Below are positions 10,429 through 19,313 of a DNA stretch of 32,000 nt, piece after piece; position 1 is the first letter of the stretch, and every line of letters starts with the position of its first letter. The notes beneath the pieces were generated by a model, which made no database searches, was not told the origin of the DNA, and was given only the letters and a program-made list of their open reading frames with translations. The DNA is from Candidatus Saccharimonadota bacterium (GTDB taxonomy: Bacteria; Patescibacteriota; Saccharimonadia; Saccharimonadales; Saccharimonadaceae). The position numbers were made by a program, and so were the translations under genes. The stretch spans positions 270,001-302,000 of the forward strand of contig CP064995.1 of the NCBI GenBank assembly GCA_016700015.1. The letters are read 5' to 3'.

Positions 10429-10716
10429 ATGACAAAAGGTAAATTTGCACTTGGCGCGCTACTCGGTGCCGCTGCCGGTGTGGTTGCAGGTTTTTTGACT
10501 GCTCCAAAATCGGGCAAAGAAACACGCGCTGACCTAAAAGCGAAAGCTGATGAGCTGAAGGCTGAAGGTGAAAAGAAGGCTACCGAAGCGAAAAAGCAAG
10601 GTGAAAAGCTCTATTCTGAGGGTAAGAAAACAGTCGATGACTACCGTGGTCGTGCCGAGCGAGCCGTGAATGCCGCTAAAGACGAATTCTCTAGTAGCGA
10701 TACTAAGAAAAAGTAG
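10429..10716 (+). CDS. YtxH-domain general-stress-type protein
   Basis: 95 aa. GALLGAAAGVVAGFLTAPKSGKETRADLK followed by a K/E-rich helix is typical YtxH. A GAAGGAGA SD lies upstream. Confidence 0.8.
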   Translation: MTKGKFALGALLGAAAGVVAGFLTAPKSGKETRADLKAKADELKAEGEKKATEAKKQGEKLYSEGKKTVDDYRGRAERAVNAAKDEFSSSDTKKK

Positions 10717-10735
10717 CGATTATCGTATTTACTTG

Positions 10736-10765
10736 AACCCCGCTTCAAGGCGGGGTTTTTGATTT
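10736..10765 (+). terminator. Rho-independent terminator
   Basis: AACCCCGC-ttcaag-GCGGGGTT stem followed by a T-run. Confidence 0.7.
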
Positions 10766-10791
10766 TAGCGTAAACGTCGTATACTGACTGT

Positions 10792-11079
10792 ATGATCAAA
10801 TTTTGGCAAAAACTAAAAAAACAGGTTCGTGACGGTAATGAAAAAGGTGCCCGCGAAGCAGTACTTGAAGATTTGTTCAACGACTTCAACCGCAATCGCT
10901 TTACGATCTATAAGTTCAATTTCATGCGCGGGATATTTTTCGGCTTTGGGTCGGTGCTTGGCGGGACAGTAGTGATTGCGGCATTTGTGGCATTACTCAA
11001 CATTACCGGACATCTCGTGCCTAGCATTGCAGATTTTTTGAGACAAATTATTGATGTCATGGACCGTGCTAAACGATAA
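10792..11079 (+). CDS. Small membrane protein (possibly DUF5665-like)
   Basis: 95 aa. Charged N-terminus then a GFGSVLGGTVVIAAFVALL TM segment. TATACT lies 6 nt before the ATG. Confidence 0.65.
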   Translation: MIKFWQKLKKQVRDGNEKGAREAVLEDLFNDFNRNRFTIYKFNFMRGIFFGFGSVLGGTVVIAAFVALLNITGHLVPSIADFLRQIIDVMDRAKR

Positions 11080-11084
11080 AAGTA

Positions 11085-11124
11085 GCCGATAGCTCGCTCA
11101 TGATCTAATGAGCAAGCTATCGGC
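11085..11124. terminator. Hairpin between convergent genes
   Basis: 17-bp stem GCCGATAGCTCGCTCAT / ATGAGCAAGCTATCGGC with one mismatch and a 6-nt loop. The T-run (TTTT) is on the minus-strand side. Confidence 0.5.
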
Positions 11125-11141
11125 TGCGATGTTCTACCGGA

Positions 11142-11570
11142 TCATCGTTTGCTGGCCGGTCCTGGTGTCACGAACGTCACTTCGCTGCGTTCGACGAAGA
11201 AGCCACTGCTGTGCAGGTATTTCGTGTATACAATGATATCGCCAGGGCTAGCAGACTGGCACGCCGCTTGCGTAGGCTTGCAGGTGACTATCATACCATC
11301 ACTGAGCTTTAGTGTCGTTAGTGAAACGGTATCCGACTTGGTTGTTTCTGTTGCAGACACGATAGCGAGCTGGTTTGCATCAACGCGGTTACCATTCAAC
11401 GACGATGCAGTTATAGTTGCGCCGATCGCACACATGACCATTGATATCAGAGCTAATATTGGGCCTAGCAACTTACGCACGCCCAGGATGTGTTTGAATG
11501 TATACGACATTACGAAGATGCCCGTGGCGAGCGCGGACATACCGATGAGAAAGTACGGGAGCATTGACAA
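11142..11570 (-). CDS. Hypothetical membrane protein (2 TM plus an extracytoplasmic domain)
   Basis: 142 aa with two N-terminal hydrophobic helices. A GGAGG SD lies 6 nt upstream of the ATG. TTGACT-17-TAAAAA lies further upstream. Confidence 0.7.
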   Translation of the reverse strand: MSMLPYFLIGMSALATGIFVMSYTFKHILGVRKLLGPILALISMVMCAIGATITASSLNGNRVDANQLAIVSATETTKSDTVSLTTLKLSDGMIVTCKPTQAACQSASPGDIIVYTKYLHSSGFFVERSEVTFVTPGPASKR

Positions 11571-11700
11571 CCTCCAGGTGTAGATCTACGTGGGCTATCC
11601 ACTATTTGTTTTTATCATAAATATGAATTTTAGTCAACTACACGGCGTAGATTTTACTACACATGTTGCATGAGGGGCGGGGTATAATTGAGTAGAGAAT

Positions 11701-14700
11701 ATGGAGAGTAAAACAGGGAAAGCAAACGGCAGCAGTTCTTCGCTCATACCGAGTGATTTTGTTCATTTACACAACCATACACACCATTCACTGCTCGATG
11801 GCCTCACAAAGATTCCAGCACTCGTAGAGAAAGTCAAAGAATACGGCATGACCGCAACTGCTGTCACCGACCACGGTACTATGAGCGGCATTTTGGAATT
11901 TTATAAGGCGGCAGTTGATGGCGAAATCAAGCCAATCCTCGGCATTGAGGCCTATATTGCGGCACGTGGACGCACCGACCGTGATCCGGCAAAAGATAAG
12001 GCACGGTATCACCTAACACTACTTGCTCAGAACGACGAAGGCTATCGCAACTTGATGCAGCTAACGACACTCGCGAATCTCGAGGGTATGTACTACAAGC
12101 CCCGCATGGATCATGAAATTCTTGAGCGGTATTCGGAAGGCGTCGTGGTGCTCAGTGGATGCGCTAGTGGAGAGATCGGCGAGAATTTAAAAACCGATAA
12201 TTATGAAGAGGCAAAGCGTATAGCCCAGTGGTATAAGAGTGTATTTAACGATCGCTATTACCTGGAGCTCCAAGACCATGGGCACCCCGATGCTCCGTAC
12301 ACGTGGCCGGTGCAAACAAAAATAAATGAAGGCTTGATGCGTCTTAGCGAAGAGCTCGACATCCCCATGGTTGTTACGTGTGATGGCCATTATTTAACGC
12401 ACGACGATCAAGAAGCGCACGAGATTTTACTGTGCGTCGGCACTGGTTCATACCTGAGTGATGACAAGCGCATGAGTTTGAAAGAGTTTGAACTACACGT
12501 CACCGATCCGCGTGATATTATTGCGCGCTGGGGGACGAGTCACCCCGATGCAATCATGAATACCAAGAAAATTGCCGATAGCTGCAAGGTTAATATTGAG
12601 CTAGGTAAAATCCTCATTCCAAAGTTTCCGGTGCCCGAAGGTGAAACCGAGGAATCGTATCTTGACAGGCTGGTGTATACGGGGCTTGCGGTACGTTACT
12701 ACGACAAGTCTCCCGAAGAAGCAGCTGCCATGTCGATAGCAGCTGTTAAAAAACTGCTATCAGCAGAAATAAATGAGCGGGTTGAAATGGAGTTTGAAGT
12801 CGTCAACCGCATGGGCTACAATGGCTATTTCCTCATCGTGCAGGACTTTATAAACTGGGGCAAAAGTCAAGGAATCATTTTTGGTCCTGGGCGCGGCTCG
12901 GCAGCAGGTAGTATTATCGCTTACGCCGTCAACATCACCGACCTTGACCCACTGAAATACGACCTACTTTTCGAACGCTTCCTCAATCCAGACCGAATTA
13001 GTATGCCCGACATCGATATTGATATCCAAGATACGCGTCGTGATGAAGTGATTCAGTATTGTGCCGACAAGTATGGTGACGCGCGAGTGGCCAATATCGT
13101 GACATTTGGTAAAATGGCGGCCCGCGCGGCAGTGCGCGACGTGGCCCGCGTGCTCGAAGTGCCTTACGCTGAGGCTGACCGGTTGAGCAAAATGATTCCG
13201 CCACCAGTGCAGGGCCGGCATATTCCACTAAGCAAGAGCGTCCAGGATGACAAGGATTTGAAGCATGAGTACGAAACCAACCCTACGGCTAAGGAGGTGT
13301 TTGACTACGCGATTCGACTCGAGGGAACAATCCGCAGCCACGGAGTACATGCAGCTGGAGTGGTGATCGCTCCCGATGACATAGTGAAGTATGTGCCGCT
13401 CGAAATGGCCCAAAAAGGTGTGGTCGCGACGCAGTATCCCATGGGTCCTGTCGAAGAGCTAGGCCTACTAAAAATGGACTTTCTGGGCCTTAGTAACCTG
13501 ACGATCATCAAAAATACGCTGCGCATCATCAAAAAGGTCTATGGTGAGACGATTGAACTAAGTAAAATTCCGCTCGACGACACTGCGACGTACGAGTTGT
13601 TTCAGCGTGGCGATACGACTGGCGTGTTCCAGCTTGAATCAGCTGGTATGAAGCGCTATCTGCGTGAGCTAAAGCCGAGTGTGTTCGACGATATTATCGC
13701 TATGGTGGCACTCTATCGTCCCGGCCCAATGCAGTTTATCGATAGCTTTATTAAGCGCAAGCATGGTGAAGAAAAGATCAGCTACCTCGACCCAGGGCTT
13801 GAGAGCTCACTCAAAAACACCTACGGTATTTTGGTATACCAGGAACAATTCATGCAGATTAGCAAAGAATGGTGCGGGTTTACGGGCGGTCAGGCTGATA
13901 CGCTGCGTAAAGCTGTCGGCAAAAAGAAAATGGATCTCATGCTCAAAATTCGCCCCGACTTTGTGCAAGGCGCCATAGCCCATGGCAACGCTAGCAAAGA
14001 AGTCGCTGAAACATTTTGGGACCAGCTGGTGGAGTTTGCGAACTACTGTTTCAACAAAGCCCATGCGGCTTGCTATGGCCTGATAGCCTACTGGACGGCG
14101 TATTTAAAGGCGCACTACCCCGACGCGTTTATGGCGGCGCTAATGACGAGTGACCAAGACGATATTGATCGGCTAGCCATCGAGATTATCGAATGTAAAC
14201 ACATGGGGCTGAAGGTGCTCAACCCCGACGTCAATCAGTCATATGTAGAGTTTGCGGTCGTACCTGGCCAGCAGCAAATTCGATTCGGAATGGCAGCGGT
14301 CAAGGGAGTGGGTGTGGCGGCAGTCGAAGAAATCATTCGCGCTCGTGAGGAAGCACCATTTGCCAGTGTCGAAGATTTTGCGAAGCGAGTGAGCACGAGC
14401 AAGGTCAATAAAAAAGCTTGGGAAGCGCTCATTAAATCTGGTGCGTTTGACACGCTTGGTGATCGCAGCGACCTACTATTCAACCTGGAAGACATACTGG
14501 CATTTGCCAGCAAAATGCAAAAGGAAGCCCTGAGCGGCCAGATGGATATGTTTGGCAGTTTGGGCGGCGGTCAATCGCTCATGCCTTCAATCGAGCTGAA
14601 AAAGGCACCAGTGAAATATACCGACAAAGAGCAGCTTATGTGGGAACGAGAGTTGCTCGGGCTGTATATCAGCGCGCACCCACTCGATAACTATGATGCA

Positions 14701-15387
14701 TTTTTTGAGGAGCAAACTATCCCACTTCATAGCGTTAGTCCTGATATTGACGGCCAAGTTGTGACAATAGGTGGGCTGGTGACGAGCATCCGTAGTATTG
14801 TCACAAAAAGTGGCAGTAAGATGGCATTCTTACAGCTGGAAGACAAGACGAGCGAAGCCGAGGTGATTGTATTTCCGAAATTATATGAGCAGCTGGGTGA
14901 TAATCTGCGGCAGGATGTAGTGCTAAAAGTAAGTGGCAAGGTAAGTGCCCGCGACCGTGACGGCAATGTTGGGAGTGAGGCGAAAATGATTGCCGATGAG
15001 ATTAGTATCGTGACCGACAAAGAACTCAACGATTACGAAAGCCATGGCCGCAAAATGGTAGCCCCAGTCGGTAAGATAAAGGTCGTAGGCTATCGGCGTA
15101 AGGCGGCGAAGCCTGGGCAGTTGCATGCGAAAATGCCAGAGCCAGTCGAGCCGCAAAAGTTAGAGCTAAGAACAGTTTACGTGCATATTCCTGACCCAAA
15201 TAATCATGATGCACTGCTCGCTCTTAAGCGAGCGTGCAGCGCTAATCCTGGCCAGTCTGACATTATTATGGTGCTGGGCCCCGACAAAGCTTCCGCTATC
15301 CGGCTGCCATTCCGGGTTGACCTCGAGGGAACGCTGCTGCAGACGCTCACTACACTTCTGGGTGAGGGAAGTGTAGTGATTAAGTGA
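11701..15387 (+). CDS. dnaE: DNA polymerase III alpha subunit
   Basis: 1228 aa. N-terminal PHP domain (FVHLHNHTHHSLLDG), the pol III alpha core (GPGRGSAAGS, PDIDIDI) and an OB fold. Confidence 0.95.
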   Translation: MESKTGKANGSSSSLIPSDFVHLHNHTHHSLLDGLTKIPALVEKVKEYGMTATAVTDHGTMSGILEFYKAAVDGEIKPILGIEAYIAARGRTDRDPAKDKARYHLTLLAQNDEGYRNLMQLTTLANLEGMYYKPRMDHEILERYSEGVVVLSGCASGEIGENLKTDNYEEAKRIAQWYKSVFNDRYYLELQDHGHPDAPYTWPVQTKINEGLMRLSEELDIPMVVTCDGHYLTHDDQEAHEILLCVGTGSYLSDDKRMSLKEFELHVTDPRDIIARWGTSHPDAIMNTKKIADSCKVNIELGKILIPKFPVPEGETEESYLDRLVYTGLAVRYYDKSPEEAAAMSIAAVKKLLSAEINERVEMEFEVVNRMGYNGYFLIVQDFINWGKSQGIIFGPGRGSAAGSIIAYAVNITDLDPLKYDLLFERFLNPDRISMPDIDIDIQDTRRDEVIQYCADKYGDARVANIVTFGKMAARAAVRDVARVLEVPYAEADRLSKMIPPPVQGRHIPLSKSVQDDKDLKHEYETNPTAKEVFDYAIRLEGTIRSHGVHAAGVVIAPDDIVKYVPLEMAQKGVVATQYPMGPVEELGLLKMDFLGLSNLTIIKNTLRIIKKVYGETIELSKIPLDDTATYELFQRGDTTGVFQLESAGMKRYLRELKPSVFDDIIAMVALYRPGPMQFIDSFIKRKHGEEKISYLDPGLESSLKNTYGILVYQEQFMQISKEWCGFTGGQADTLRKAVGKKKMDLMLKIRPDFVQGAIAHGNASKEVAETFWDQLVEFANYCFNKAHAACYGLIAYWTAYLKAHYPDAFMAALMTSDQDDIDRLAIEIIECKHMGLKVLNPDVNQSYVEFAVVPGQQQIRFGMAAVKGVGVAAVEEIIRAREEAPFASVEDFAKRVSTSKVNKKAWEALIKSGAFDTLGDRSDLLFNLEDILAFASKMQKEALSGQMDMFGSLGGGQSLMPSIELKKAPVKYTDKEQLMWERELLGLYISAHPLDNYDAFFEEQTIPLHSVSPDIDGQVVTIGGLVTSIRSIVTKSGSKMAFLQLEDKTSEAEVIVFPKLYEQLGDNLRQDVVLKVSGKVSARDRDGNVGSEAKMIADEISIVTDKELNDYESHGRKMVAPVGKIKVVGYRRKAAKPGQLHAKMPEPVEPQKLELRTVYVHIPDPNNHDALLALKRACSANPGQSDIIMVLGPDKASAIRLPFRVDLEGTLLQTLTTLLGEGSVVIK

Positions 15388-15396
15388 TCACGAACA

Positions 15397-15435
15397 TAGT
15401 GTATACTTGACACTAAGCTAGCTGTCGCGTATACT
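15397..15435 (+). promoter_or_regulatory. Consensus promoter with an operator-like palindrome (cassette copy 1)
   Basis: TTGACA 15407-15412, a 17-nt spacer, then TATACT 15430-15435. The inverted repeat TAGTGT (15397-15402) N7 ACACTA (15410-15415) overlaps the -35. AAGGAGG SD at 15444-15450. Confidence 0.6.
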
Positions 15436-15454
15436 TGCGGGACAAGGAGGTTAT

Positions 15455-16057
15455 ATGGAACGACCAAAAGTAGCAAAGCATGAGACGCAGCGAGTAACCC
15501 CAGAGATTACCTCACTATATAGTGGTTGCATTTCTCTGGCTGACACACTGCTTGAGCTAAAAGACCCGAAGGCAGCGAGGACATTCCAAGAAGTGCTGGT
15601 GCCTCGTAGGCCGCAAGAAGTTCTTGAACGGCTACAGGCGATTAGGGCAGGCGAGTTACTCGCCGGACTTGATGATGAAATTGATATCACACCAATGATC
15701 GACGACGATCTTGATATGTTTGGTGTGTCAAAGCGCGATGCTATCCTTCAGCGTGTTGGTATTGTTGCATGGAATTGGGACAGCGGTATGTTGGATGATG
15801 CTGATAAGATACGAAAGATTGATATAGAATTTCACTATGTCCATCCGGTAGCCGAAGACGGTGTGACCGAGACGATCAGCCTGCATGTGTGGTGTGGTGA
15901 AGTCACACTGATGCGTGGCAGTTTTGTTAGGAAGTACGGCGAAGATGAGTTCGAAGACAACGAGGAACACGTCCTAGTCGGCCAAACCGACCAGGATATT
16001 ATTGATTTTGTTGAGCTTGCTATGTGGGCGGTTGGCGATAACCCAACGGCTGCCTAA
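15455..16057 (+). CDS. Hypothetical strongly acidic protein, paralog A
   Basis: 200 aa. It has its own promoter and SD, no TM or signal peptide, and no family I recognise. It is collinear with the next ORF. Confidence 0.75.
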   Translation: MERPKVAKHETQRVTPEITSLYSGCISLADTLLELKDPKAARTFQEVLVPRRPQEVLERLQAIRAGELLAGLDDEIDITPMIDDDLDMFGVSKRDAILQRVGIVAWNWDSGMLDDADKIRKIDIEFHYVHPVAEDGVTETISLHVWCGEVTLMRGSFVRKYGEDEFEDNEEHVLVGQTDQDIIDFVELAMWAVGDNPTAA

Positions 16058-16086
16058 GTTGAAAGGCGGTGGGTAAATAATAAACA

Positions 16087-16125
16087 TAGTGTATAATTGA
16101 CACTAATAAATATACAGGGTATACT
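16087..16125 (+). promoter_or_regulatory. Consensus promoter with an operator-like palindrome (cassette copy 2)
   Basis: TTGACA 16097-16102, a 17-nt spacer, then TATACT 16120-16125. TAGTGT 16087-16092 N7 ACACTA 16100-16105. AAAGGAG SD at 16133-16139. Positions 16083-16106 match 15393-15416 at 23 of 24 nt. Confidence 0.6.
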
Positions 16126-16144
16126 GACCACCAAAGGAGTATAT

Positions 16145-17065
16145 ATGGAAAGACCACATGCCAAAGTTGAGAAAATAGATGATGAGCTGGATCACGAGCT
16201 CACTCAGGTGCATGCAGACTTCATTGCTCTTGCTGATGAGCTACTAGCGCATAAGAAGGTGGATGACCCATTTAGCTGTATAGGCATCGTAGTGCAGCAT
16301 AGTCCCAAACGTGTACTTGAGCGCCTGATCGCCACAAGGATAGGTAGCCTGGTACGTGCAGATGATACACAATTGGCAATTCCCGAGGCTGGAGAGCATT
16401 ATCCACAGCTCGATCTGCGCAAGCAAAACGGGAAGCTTGTAGCTGTGTCGGTTCTGGTGTGGGGGTGGGATCATGAGAAGACCCGATTTGTTGATGATAG
16501 TCCTGCCTACCCGAACGGATATAGGGACTACCCTGGTGAGATTGATAAAACGAGGCAGCTCGATATCAACTTTTCATACGATATCGGAGGTGTCGATGTG
16601 ACAGAAAGTGTGAGTCTCTATGGCTCTACCTGCTCACCCAGCAATGTGGAGGCGATGAGCCACATATGGGCATCGGTATATGCAGAGACTGGCTATGAAG
16701 GGCATGGTAGTGAAGCCATAGACGAGCCGAGTGATGCTGATTTATATGAATTTTTGGAGCTCGTAGCGAGTATCGTAGGTGATATACCGGAATCTTTCGG
16801 GGAGATGAAAGCAAGACAGCTCGCCGAGCTTCGTCAGGAATTTGAAGGGACGGAATATTACGATACAATCCTACGGGCCATCACAGTGATACGGCCTACT
16901 CAAGCCCTGTATGAAATTACCAAGCGAGAGCGTGATGGCATAGGCACAATCGCGCGAGCGCTCAAATCAGGCGATAAGCAGTTGCAACAGCTGGCATACG
17001 AACGGCTGGTTGAGATTATCGAATGGTTCGAGGAATCTCGAGCTCGGGCTACACTTGGTGGGTAA
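16145..17065 (+). CDS. Hypothetical acidic protein, paralog B (with an extra C-terminal tail)
   Basis: 306 aa from ATG 16145 (MERPHAK...). The ORF-track start at 16097 is the TTG of the -35 hexamer and is therefore an artefact. Confidence 0.75.
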   Translation: MERPHAKVEKIDDELDHELTQVHADFIALADELLAHKKVDDPFSCIGIVVQHSPKRVLERLIATRIGSLVRADDTQLAIPEAGEHYPQLDLRKQNGKLVAVSVLVWGWDHEKTRFVDDSPAYPNGYRDYPGEIDKTRQLDINFSYDIGGVDVTESVSLYGSTCSPSNVEAMSHIWASVYAETGYEGHGSEAIDEPSDADLYEFLELVASIVGDIPESFGEMKARQLAELRQEFEGTEYYDTILRAITVIRPTQALYEITKRERDGIGTIARALKSGDKQLQQLAYERLVEIIEWFEESRARATLGG

Positions 17066-17564
17066 GCTGATAGAGGGCAATTCCTGCGGCGACACTCACA
17101 TTGAATGACTCTTTTTGGCCCTGCATCGGAATTTCGATGACATCGTGGCACTGTGCTAGTAAGCTGGGAGTGATGCCATGTACTTCTTCGCCAATCAGCA
17201 GCGCAATCTTTTCGGGTGGTTGATAGTCACGAAGCATAATGGAGTTTTCGGATTGCTCGAGTGCCACGATCGTATATCCCGCCAGTTCTGGGCACGCTAG
17301 GTCTAGTGTGTCGTAGTGAACAAAGGGTACCAGCGTCTCAGCACCCAGTGCGGTTTTGTGAATCTGACGTGTTAGTTTCTCTACAATATGCGGCAGCCGT
17401 CCATCTAAAGGGTACGACCCTTGAGATTGAATGGGTAGCATGGGGTAGGGGGTATAGCCGCTAAGGATTATTTTTTTTACCCCAAACCCCTCGCATGTAC
17501 GAAAAATCGATCCGACATTGTGGGTGCTACGAATATTATGAACAATGACGACAATCTCTGGCAT
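17049..17564 (-). CDS. SpoU/TrmH-family RNA 2'-O-methyltransferase
   Basis: 171 aa. HNIRSTHNVGSIFRTCEGFG and C-terminal IPM.G...S.NVSVAAGIALY are SPOUT motifs. The 3' end overlaps paralog B by 17 nt. Confidence 0.85.
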   Translation of the reverse strand: MPEIVVIVHNIRSTHNVGSIFRTCEGFGVKKIILSGYTPYPMLPIQSQGSYPLDGRLPHIVEKLTRQIHKTALGAETLVPFVHYDTLDLACPELAGYTIVALEQSENSIMLRDYQPPEKIALLIGEEVHGITPSLLAQCHDVIEIPMQGQKESFNVSVAAGIALYQLTHQV

Positions 17565-17617
17565 GCACTCATTTTACCACTATAAAAACCACAAGCAGTT
17601 TGTTACACTAGTAAGTA

Positions 17618-19240
17618 ATGAACGAAGAAGAAGTCCAACAGCGTCGTCGCGAGCAAGACGAAAATGCCACTAGGCAGCGTGCGGCCATACTTGGGCTGCA
17701 ATACATTGATACGCGTGAGTTGGAGCAAAAACTAGCACTCGCAAGCGACGTATTGCCGATTGAAGTGATGCACCGCGATCGGATCGTGCCGCTGGTAAAG
17801 GGCGATGAGCAGACTTTGTGGCAGTTCGGTGTCACTGCGCAGACACCGCAGTCGACAATGCAAAGAATGACGAGTGAGTATAACCAGGCTGGTAAGGGCA
17901 TTCAGTTTATGCTGATAAGTTTGAGTGGTTATAAAGCCCTCATGAATCGCTACGATCCACCCAAACAAGTAGTGTATCAAGACATCGCCATCGCCAAAGA
18001 TGGTGACAGCGACACAATAAGCCAGGTGAGTCAGACGCTGAATTCGGTGAGCAGTGAAGAGATATTTGATTTTATTATTGACCAGGCAGACAAGCTTGGA
18101 GCTAGCGACATTCACATCGAAAACGAGCGCGACAACATCCGCGTGCGTATGCGTGTCGATGGTGCCCTGCACCCAGTAGCTCACCTTGATCGTGATCGCT
18201 ACCGAGTCATTATGGGCGAACTTGCTAGCCGTGCTGGTATTAGCAGTGCGGCGGTAGAAAGCCAGTCGGGCCATATGCAGCGCGAGATTACGCGTGACGG
18301 CAGCACCCACCTATTGAATCTACGTGTCGAAACAGTCCCTACTATGTACGGGCAAGATGCAGTACTGCGCCTGTTTAATTTCGACGAAAGCCTGCTCAAT
18401 CTTGATTTACTAGGTATTCCCGATAAACAACGCAAAGAGATCAATGAAATCATTAGCCATCCGCGCGGATTGGTGCTAATGGTTGGTCCAACCGGCAGCG
18501 GTAAATCCACAACACTCTATAGTATGCTCAATGCGCTCAATACACCTGACCGCAAGCTGATTACACTCGAAGACCCCATCGAATACGGCCTGACGGGCAT
18601 TTCACAGATACCTATCAACACCACTGGCGGGCAGAGCTTTGCTGATGGGTTGCGTAGTGTACTACGCCTTGACCCCGACGTGGTGATGGTTGGCGAGATC
18701 CGTGATACCGACACCGCACGAACGGCGATCCAGGCATCGATTACTGGTCACCTGGTACTAAGCAGCTTCCACGCCAACAGCACTAGCGCGGCCTTTAGTC
18801 GTATGATCGATATGATTGGTGTGAACCCGATATTTAGTAGTGCTGTGCGCATGGTAATTGCACAGCGTTTAGTGCGACGGCTTGTCGATGAAACCAAGCA
18901 GGAGTACGAACCCGACCAGGCAACACGCGACTACGTGAAGCGTATACTCGACGGTATACCTGACGATATCGATCATCCTAATCTTGACAGCTTCAAGCTA
19001 TGGAAACCTGTTGCCAGTGACGACGCGCCATTTGGCTACAAGGGTCGCGTGGTGATTATGGAACAAATGATTGTGACTGAAGAAATTCAGAAGTTTATTC
19101 GCGGTGACATAGACGATGTGCACCCGGAGGCGATCGAAAAAGTCGCTAAGAGTGAAGGTATGCTCACGCTCGAACAAGTAGGGGTGCTAGCGGCACTTCG
19201 TGGCGAAACGACACTCGACGAAGTCGCGAGAGTTATTTAA
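17618..19240 (+). CDS. pilB: Type II/IV secretion / type IV pilus assembly ATPase (GspE/PilB family)
   Basis: 540 aa. Walker A GPTGSGKSTT, Asp box, Walker B (DPDVVMVGEIRD), His box (TGHLVLSSFHAN) and an N-terminal GSPII_E_N-like region. Confidence 0.9.
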   Translation: MNEEEVQQRRREQDENATRQRAAILGLQYIDTRELEQKLALASDVLPIEVMHRDRIVPLVKGDEQTLWQFGVTAQTPQSTMQRMTSEYNQAGKGIQFMLISLSGYKALMNRYDPPKQVVYQDIAIAKDGDSDTISQVSQTLNSVSSEEIFDFIIDQADKLGASDIHIENERDNIRVRMRVDGALHPVAHLDRDRYRVIMGELASRAGISSAAVESQSGHMQREITRDGSTHLLNLRVETVPTMYGQDAVLRLFNFDESLLNLDLLGIPDKQRKEINEIISHPRGLVLMVGPTGSGKSTTLYSMLNALNTPDRKLITLEDPIEYGLTGISQIPINTTGGQSFADGLRSVLRLDPDVVMVGEIRDTDTARTAIQASITGHLVLSSFHANSTSAAFSRMIDMIGVNPIFSSAVRMVIAQRLVRRLVDETKQEYEPDQATRDYVKRILDGIPDDIDHPNLDSFKLWKPVASDDAPFGYKGRVVIMEQMIVTEEIQKFIRGDIDDVHPEAIEKVAKSEGMLTLEQVGVLAALRGETTLDEVARVI

Positions 19241-19313
19241 TTCCGCTTGACAAATATAGTAAAATTTGATACAAATATACAAGATAGCAATCTCCCGACA
19301 TTAAGGAGTAAAG

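Noticed and set aside
10121-10525. 134-aa minus-strand ORF overlapping the DUF948-like and YtxH-like genes
   Set aside because: The plus-strand genes have SD sites and recognisable motifs (the YtxH signature), and they follow the known ytxG-ytxH order. The antisense ORF has none of these.
11149-11583. 144-aa plus-strand ORF almost exactly antisense to the 142-aa minus-strand ORF 11142-11570
   Set aside because: The minus-strand ORF has a GGAGG SD, a plausible promoter and clear TM helices. The plus-strand ORF starts just after a terminator hairpin, has no start signals and has an unprotein-like composition. I treat it as a mirror-frame artefact.
16097-16144. N-terminal extension of paralog B in the ORF track (MTLINIQGILTTKGVY...)
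   Set aside because: Its TTG start is the first three bases of the TTGACA -35 hexamer. The conserved SD plus ATG (MERP) at 16145 matches paralog A.
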